From an uncultured Candidatus Entotheonella sp. (lineage in GTDB: Bacteria; Tectomicrobia; Entotheonellia; Entotheonellales; Entotheonellaceae): a DNA stretch of 64,000 bases. Of this stretch, positions 59,280-64,000 are shown piece by piece (position 1 is the stretch's first letter; each line of letters starts with the position of its first letter). The position numbers and the translations under genes were made by a program. Under the pieces are notes generated by a model. That model did no database searches, was not told the DNA's origin, and was given only the letters and a program-made list of their open reading frames with translations. Where the stretch lies: assembly GCA_965217185.1 (NCBI GenBank), contig OZ244252.1, positions 2,592,001 to 2,656,000 of the forward strand. Reading direction: 5' to 3'.

Positions 59280-60425
59280 ATGCAATGCCAACGACATCTT
59301 TTCTCCATACCGGCGTCTCAGCACTACCTGAACTGCGCCTACATGTCGCCCCTGCTGAAATCGGTGCAAGACGCCGGGATCGCCGCTGTCGGCCTGAAAG
59401 CCTCCCCCGCCGACATCGGCGGGGCGGAATTTTTCGAGCCCGTCGAAACCCTGCGCGACCGTTTTGCCCGCCTCGTCAACACCTCGGCCGACCGGATCGC
59501 CTGCATCCCTGCCGCCAGTTACGGGGTGGCCGTGGCGGTCCACAATACACCGCTGCGGGCCGGGCAGAACGTGGTCATCCCGGCAGAAGAATTTCCGAGC
59601 AACGTCTACGGCTGGATGTCTGCCTGCGACCGCAGCGGCGCTGAATTGCGCCTGGTCGAACGCCCCGACGGACCGCCGTCTGCAGCGGCGTGGAATGCGC
59701 GCGTGCTGGAGGCCATCGACCGCAATACCGCGTCGGTGACACTCACTGACGTCCACTATACGGACGGCACCCCCTTTGATCTCGAAGCCATCGGTCAGCG
59801 GGCGCGCGAGGTCGGCGCCCTGTTCGTCGTCGATGGCACCCAATCGGTCGGCGCCCTGCCCTTCGATTTTGACCGCCTGCAACCGGACCTGTTGGTGTGC
59901 GCCGGTTACAAGTGGATGCTTGGCCCTTATCAGTACGGCCTCATCGCGGTCGGCGACCGGCTGCTGGACGGCGAGCCTTTCGAGCACAACTGGATTAACC
60001 GCAAGGACAGCGAGAACTTCAGCAACCTGAGCCAGTTCCGGCGCGAGTACCAGCCCGGCGCCCAGCGCTTCGACACCGGCGAGCGCTCGAATTTCATCCT
60101 GGTGGCAATGCTCAACGAGGGGCTGAAGCAGATTCTGACGTGGGGTGTGACGGCCATCCGGGACTACTGCGCCGTGCTGAGCGGCGACGTGGAAGCGGCA
60201 CTGGCGGACAGCCCATACGTCATGGCGCCGGCAGCGGAGCGCTCCCCGCACCTGTTCGGCATTCGTGTGCCCGACGGTGAGCGGCTGCCGGCCATCCTGG
60301 AGGACCTACGCCGCCGCCAGGTGCACGTGTCGCAGCGCGGCACCTCGTTGCGGGTATCGCCGCACGTCTACAACACCCCCGATGACCTCGGCGCCTTGGT
60401 TGAGGCCCTGCGCGCATTTGCGTAG
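59280..60425 (+). CDS. Aminotransferase class V PLP enzyme (no desulfurase Cys motif)
   Basis: YLNCAYMSP, EFPSN, VDGTQSVG, GYKWMLGP, LRVSPHVYN. Confidence 0.88.
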   Translation: MQCQRHLFSIPASQHYLNCAYMSPLLKSVQDAGIAAVGLKASPADIGGAEFFEPVETLRDRFARLVNTSADRIACIPAASYGVAVAVHNTPLRAGQNVVIPAEEFPSNVYGWMSACDRSGAELRLVERPDGPPSAAAWNARVLEAIDRNTASVTLTDVHYTDGTPFDLEAIGQRAREVGALFVVDGTQSVGALPFDFDRLQPDLLVCAGYKWMLGPYQYGLIAVGDRLLDGEPFEHNWINRKDSENFSNLSQFRREYQPGAQRFDTGERSNFILVAMLNEGLKQILTWGVTAIRDYCAVLSGDVEAALADSPYVMAPAAERSPHLFGIRVPDGERLPAILEDLRRRQVHVSQRGTSLRVSPHVYNTPDDLGALVEALRAFA

Positions 60426-60452
60426 GTCGGATTAGCGAAGCGTAATCCGACA
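60422..60452 (+). repeat. REP palindrome copy 3
   Basis: Identical to copy 2 including the downstream TTCCACCG; its GTAG supplies the TAG stop. Confidence 0.92.
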
Positions 60453-60571
60453 TTCCACCGTGTGATCCGGTGCCGCAGTACAACCGTTTGTGTCACCGGC
60501 GGTCTACGGCTATTCTGGCACTTGCTTGCCATTCCGACAGCACTCATACCCCATACCAAGAAGGCACTCTC

Positions 60572-61609
60572 ATGATCGCACGCCCCTGGCAGTTTATTCA
60601 GATCGCAGCCCTGATATCCGTGCTCTTTGCCGCCCTTGTCACGCCTGCCGGCGCCCAGGACGCCTATCCCGACGGCCTGTACGCTGAAATGCACACCTCG
60701 AAGGGCCTGATCGTGCTGCGTCTGGCCTACGAAGAGGCGCCCATGACGGTGGTGAATTTCGTCGGCTTGGCGGAAGGCACCAAGGACTCCAACAAGCCGG
60801 CGGGAACGCCGTTTTACGACGGCCTGACGTTTCACCGCGTCATCGAAAGTTTCATGATCCAGGGCGGCGACCCGGAAGGCAGCGGGCGCGGCGGTCCCGG
60901 CTATAACTTCCCCGACGAGATTCACCCCAGCCTGCGGCACGACGGCCCTGGCATGCTGTCCATGGCAAACGCCGGCCGCAACACGAACGGCAGCCAGTTC
61001 TTCATCACCCACAAGGCAACGCCGTGGCTGGACGGCAAGCACGCGGTGTTCGGACGGGTCATTCAGGGACAGGACGTCGTCGATGCCATCGAGCAGGGTG
61101 ACAAGCTGGAAAGGCTGACGATCGTGCGGGTGGGCGACACGGCCAAGGCGTTCAAGGCGGACCAGGCAACGTTCGACGGCATGATCGCGGAGATCGCGGG
61201 CGCCGAAGAGGCGCACGCCAAGAAGGAATACGATACCGCCATGGCGGTGCTGGAAGAAGCGTACCCCGGCCAGATGCAGACCACCGAATCGGGACTCATT
61301 TATATCGTCGTTGAGGCGGGAGACGGTCCCAAGCCGCAACCCGGCACCCGCATCCAGGCCCACTACACGGGCAAATTTCTGAGCGGCAGGGTGTTCGACA
61401 GCTCGGTGCAGCGCGGTGAGCCGTTTGAATTCGAAGTCGGGATGGGGCGCGTCATCAAGGGATGGGACGAGGCGTTGCTGGACATGCAGAAGGGGGAGAA
61501 ACGCATCCTGATCGTTCCCAGCCATCTCGGCTACGGTGAACGGGGTCATCCGCCGGTCATCCCGCCGCAGGCCACGCTGGTGTTCGACGTGGAGCTGGTC
61601 GATTTCTAA
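60572..61609 (+). CDS. Exported cyclophilin-FKBP fusion peptidyl-prolyl isomerase
   Basis: Signal peptide; [62 protein letters not shown]. Confidence 0.93.
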   Translation: MIARPWQFIQIAALISVLFAALVTPAGAQDAYPDGLYAEMHTSKGLIVLRLAYEEAPMTVVNFVGLAEGTKDSNKPAGTPFYDGLTFHRVIESFMIQGGDPEGSGRGGPGYNFPDEIHPSLRHDGPGMLSMANAGRNTNGSQFFITHKATPWLDGKHAVFGRVIQGQDVVDAIEQGDKLERLTIVRVGDTAKAFKADQATFDGMIAEIAGAEEAHAKKEYDTAMAVLEEAYPGQMQTTESGLIYIVVEAGDGPKPQPGTRIQAHYTGKFLSGRVFDSSVQRGEPFEFEVGMGRVIKGWDEALLDMQKGEKRILIVPSHLGYGERGHPPVIPPQATLVFDVELVDF

Positions 61610-61621
61610 GCCTGTTGACCT

Positions 61622-61663
61622 GTAGGTCGGAGCAGCGAAGCGTAATCCGCCAATCCGACCTAC
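61622..61663. repeat. REP copy 4 (degenerate; collapsed head-to-head GTAG...CTAC doublet)
   Basis: GTAGGTCGGAGCAGCGAAGCGTAATCCGCCAATCCGACCTAC. Confidence 0.8.
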
Positions 61664-61670
61664 GCCCTCG

Positions 61671-61979
61671 TTAGGCCACGCCTTCCGGCTCCGCCTCTTC
61701 GGGCAACGCTTTGAATGCCGTGACCATCTCCTGCCAATCCACCTGCCCGAGCGCCCAGGCCAGCAGATCGGCGCCGAGGCATTCCGGCACGTCGTTCTCG
61801 TTCACGCCCAGAAGCCCCTCCCACACGTGTTCCTCAGCCCACTCGCTGAGCCGTTCCTCCGGCGCCCGCCCGGCGGCAATCTCCCGCACCGTCGCCAAGT
61901 GCTCGTCGTCAGCGGAAAGCCACGTATGCACCGCCCATGTGGTATAGTTGCGCCAACCGTTATACCCTGATTCGATCAT
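61671..61979 (-). CDS. Hypothetical protein of the YNGWxNxxTW family (phage/MGE-like)
   Basis: YNGWRNYTTWAVHTWL..ALGQVDWQE; AAGGA SD. Confidence 0.7.
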   Translation of the reverse strand: MIESGYNGWRNYTTWAVHTWLSADDEHLATVREIAAGRAPEERLSEWAEEHVWEGLLGVNENDVPECLGADLLAWALGQVDWQEMVTAFKALPEEAEPEGVA

Positions 61980-62112
61980 GACCGAAGTCCTTTCCTTACA
62001 GTGATTTGACTGTCTGTTACGCGACACGATCAGAACACATTTAGCCGCTTGCTACAAGTCCCGAAACTCGCCGGTGCGGCCCGCCCGCCGCCGTCAGTCC
62101 GAAGGAGAAACG

Positions 62113-63333
62113 ATGACCGTCAAACCAGAGAAGGTTGGCCTCTCATCCGCCCGTCTCGACCGCATTCGCGGCCACTTTCAGCGCTACATCGACGACGGCA
62201 AGCTCGCCGGCACCCTGACCTTGGTGGTTCGCCATGGCGAAATCGCCTTCTTCGAACCGCAAGGCCACCTCGAACTCGAACGCCGGCGGCCCATGCAGCG
62301 CGACACCGTCTTTCGCATCTATTCGATGAGCAAGCCTATCACCACCGTCGCTCTCATGATGCTGGTCGAACAGGGCCTGTGCCAGCTCGACGACCCCGTG
62401 CAGCGCTTCATCCCCGCTTGGGAGGGTTTACGGGTGTTCGTCGGCGGCAACTACCCAACCTACCTCACGGCGCCGGTGGCGCGTCCCATGGCCATCCGCG
62501 ACCTGCTCAATCACACTTCCGGCCTCACCTACGGCTTCATGGAGCGCACCAACGTCGACGCCGCCTACCGCAGCCTGCGCATCGCCGACCGAAGCCGGCC
62601 CGACTACACCCTCCAGGACATGGTGGACACCCTGGCGGAACTGCCGCTGGAGTTCTCGCCCGGCACGCGCTGGAATTACTCAGTCGCCACGGACGTGGCC
62701 GGGTACCTGGTCGAGATGGTCTCCGGTCAGCGCTTCGATGCCTACCTGCGTGAGCACGTTTTCCAGCCGCTGGGCATGACCGACACGGCCTTCACCGTAG
62801 CCGACGCGCAGCTTGAGCGCTTCGCCTGCAACTACGAACGGCTGCGTGACGGGAGGCTGCTGCTCGCCGATGCCCCGGACAGCAGCGAGTTTCGCAGCGG
62901 CAGCTTCTTTTCGGGCGGCGGCGGCCTAGTCTCCACGGCGCCGGATTATCTGCGTTTTACGCTCATGCTGCGCAACCGCGGCGAGCTGGATGGCGTCCGT
63001 CTGCTGAGCCGCAAGACGGTGGACCTGATGACCATGAACCACCTGCCCGGCGGGCAGGACCTGACGGCGCTGGCGCAGGCCGGCATGTTCACCGAGACCG
63101 CCTATGCCGGCGTGGGTTTCGGCCTGGGATTTTCCGTCATGCTGGATCCGGCGCGAGCGCAGGTGCTCGGCACGCCGGGCGAATTCGCTTGGGGCGGCGC
63201 CGCCAGCACGGCCTTCTGGGTCGATCCCGTCGAGGACCTCATCGTAATTTTCATGACTCAGCTGATGCCGTCGTCGTCCTACCCCATTCGTCGCGAGTTG
63301 CGCACCCTCACCTACGCCGCTCTGGTGGATTAG
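62113..63333 (+). CDS. Serine hydrolase, beta-lactamase family (esterase-like)
   Basis: FRIYSMSK (SxxK), LLNHTSG, WNYS, SGGGGL, WGGAAST.FWVDP. Confidence 0.93.
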   Translation: MTVKPEKVGLSSARLDRIRGHFQRYIDDGKLAGTLTLVVRHGEIAFFEPQGHLELERRRPMQRDTVFRIYSMSKPITTVALMMLVEQGLCQLDDPVQRFIPAWEGLRVFVGGNYPTYLTAPVARPMAIRDLLNHTSGLTYGFMERTNVDAAYRSLRIADRSRPDYTLQDMVDTLAELPLEFSPGTRWNYSVATDVAGYLVEMVSGQRFDAYLREHVFQPLGMTDTAFTVADAQLERFACNYERLRDGRLLLADAPDSSEFRSGSFFSGGGGLVSTAPDYLRFTLMLRNRGELDGVRLLSRKTVDLMTMNHLPGGQDLTALAQAGMFTETAYAGVGFGLGFSVMLDPARAQVLGTPGEFAWGGAASTAFWVDPVEDLIVIFMTQLMPSSSYPIRRELRTLTYAALVD

Positions 63334-63370
63334 ACGCATGCTGTATCCGATCGAACCATGAGGACATGCC

Positions 63371-64000
63371 ATGGCATACGAACTGACGATTGCCTGCGGC
63401 GTCGCGCTCGCCGCCGTGTTGATTGGCCGTTATCTGACCCGCGGCGCTGACTCGCTCGTCGCCCGCGTCGTGCGCCGCGCGCCATGGTTCCTCGCCCCGC
63501 TGTTCCTGGTGGCGCTGCTGTTCTCGCTGCACCACTACTGGCTCGGGGCCACGGCGGACATCGTGAGAACCGGCACGACAATCGGCCAGCTCGAGGACGC
63601 CATCGCCAAGGTGCAGTTCCCTCCCCTGTTGCATACGGCTCTGCGGGGTCAGAATGCCCTTGCCCTCGTGACCGTCCTGATCGTCCTCGCGGCGCTGTTG
63701 TTCGTCAGGCCCGGCACCCCGCACCTCGGTATCGGCAAAGGGGCCACCGCCGGCGTCGGCGTCCTCTACGTGGTTGTCACGATGATCGGGTCGGGCGCCC
63801 TTCTGGGCCATATCGCAGTGCGGGGCATTGACGCCAGGGTCGAGCGCCTCAAAGCCCAGGTCGACGACATCGAACGCAAGACATCGGTTTATAAGATGGA
63901 GGTCGAAGACGCGGCGCGGGAAATCGTCAAGGAAGCGCTCATCGAAGCCCTTGACGTCACGTCCATCCAGGCACAACTCGACGCCGTGCGGGCCAGCCTG
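63371..64000 (+). CDS. Membrane protein with downstream coiled coil (3'-partial; absent from the ORF track because it has no stop)
   Basis: GAGGA SD, MAYELTIACGVALAAVL.. open for 210 codons to the window end, about 4 TMs then IDARVERLKAQVDDIE. Confidence 0.7.
   Translation, partial: MAYELTIACGVALAAVLIGRYLTRGADSLVARVVRRAPWFLAPLFLVALLFSLHHYWLGATADIVRTGTTIGQLEDAIAKVQFPPLLHTALRGQNALALVTVLIVLAALLFVRPGTPHLGIGKGATAGVGVLYVVVTMIGSGALLGHIAVRGIDARVERLKAQVDDIERKTSVYKMEVEDAAREIVKEALIEALDVTSIQAQLDAVRASL

Noticed and set aside
59280..60425. Missing sufS
   Set aside because: Lacks the RxGxHC and SxGSAC catalytic cysteine motifs
62113..63333. Beta-lactam resistance gene
   Set aside because: No signal peptide; motifs fit cytoplasmic family VIII esterase-like hydrolases

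Overview
GC-rich bacterial chromosomal window, densely coding, with no rRNA, tRNA or CRISPR array detected. The core content is: a rearranged partial complex I cluster (nuoA-H-G-I) running into a membrane Fe-S/CCG oxidoreductase and iscS; thiD-nadD-ychF-frc; oxc; pilX-pilY1-pcm; class I lysS-folC; many catabolic enzymes (LLM, PPOX, AKR, two enolase-superfamily enzymes, CoA transferase, amidohydrolase); purM; recQ; a sufR-C-B-D-fdx-sufT-sufE operon without sufS; and a cyclophilin-FKBP fusion. Accessory material: (i) a small defence-like island at about 6.9-10.6 kb with an Rpn nuclease carrying an internal SD+ATG, a membrane-anchored HNH nuclease, an HEPN-motif protein, and decayed TM2 and DNA-methylase genes; (ii) an AT-richer DUF262+HEPN gene pair; (iii) a 191-bp MITE with 20-bp terminal inverted repeats and an 8-bp target duplication that splits an unusual NCS2 permease/RsbW-like fusion gene; (iv) four GTAG-family REP palindromes, three overlapping stop codons; (v) several pseudogenes. 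NHL repeats, LLM/PPOX enzymes and oxalate genes are reminiscent of sponge-associated Tectomicrobia-like bacteria, but this is inference only. All product calls come from motif recognition; no database search was run.
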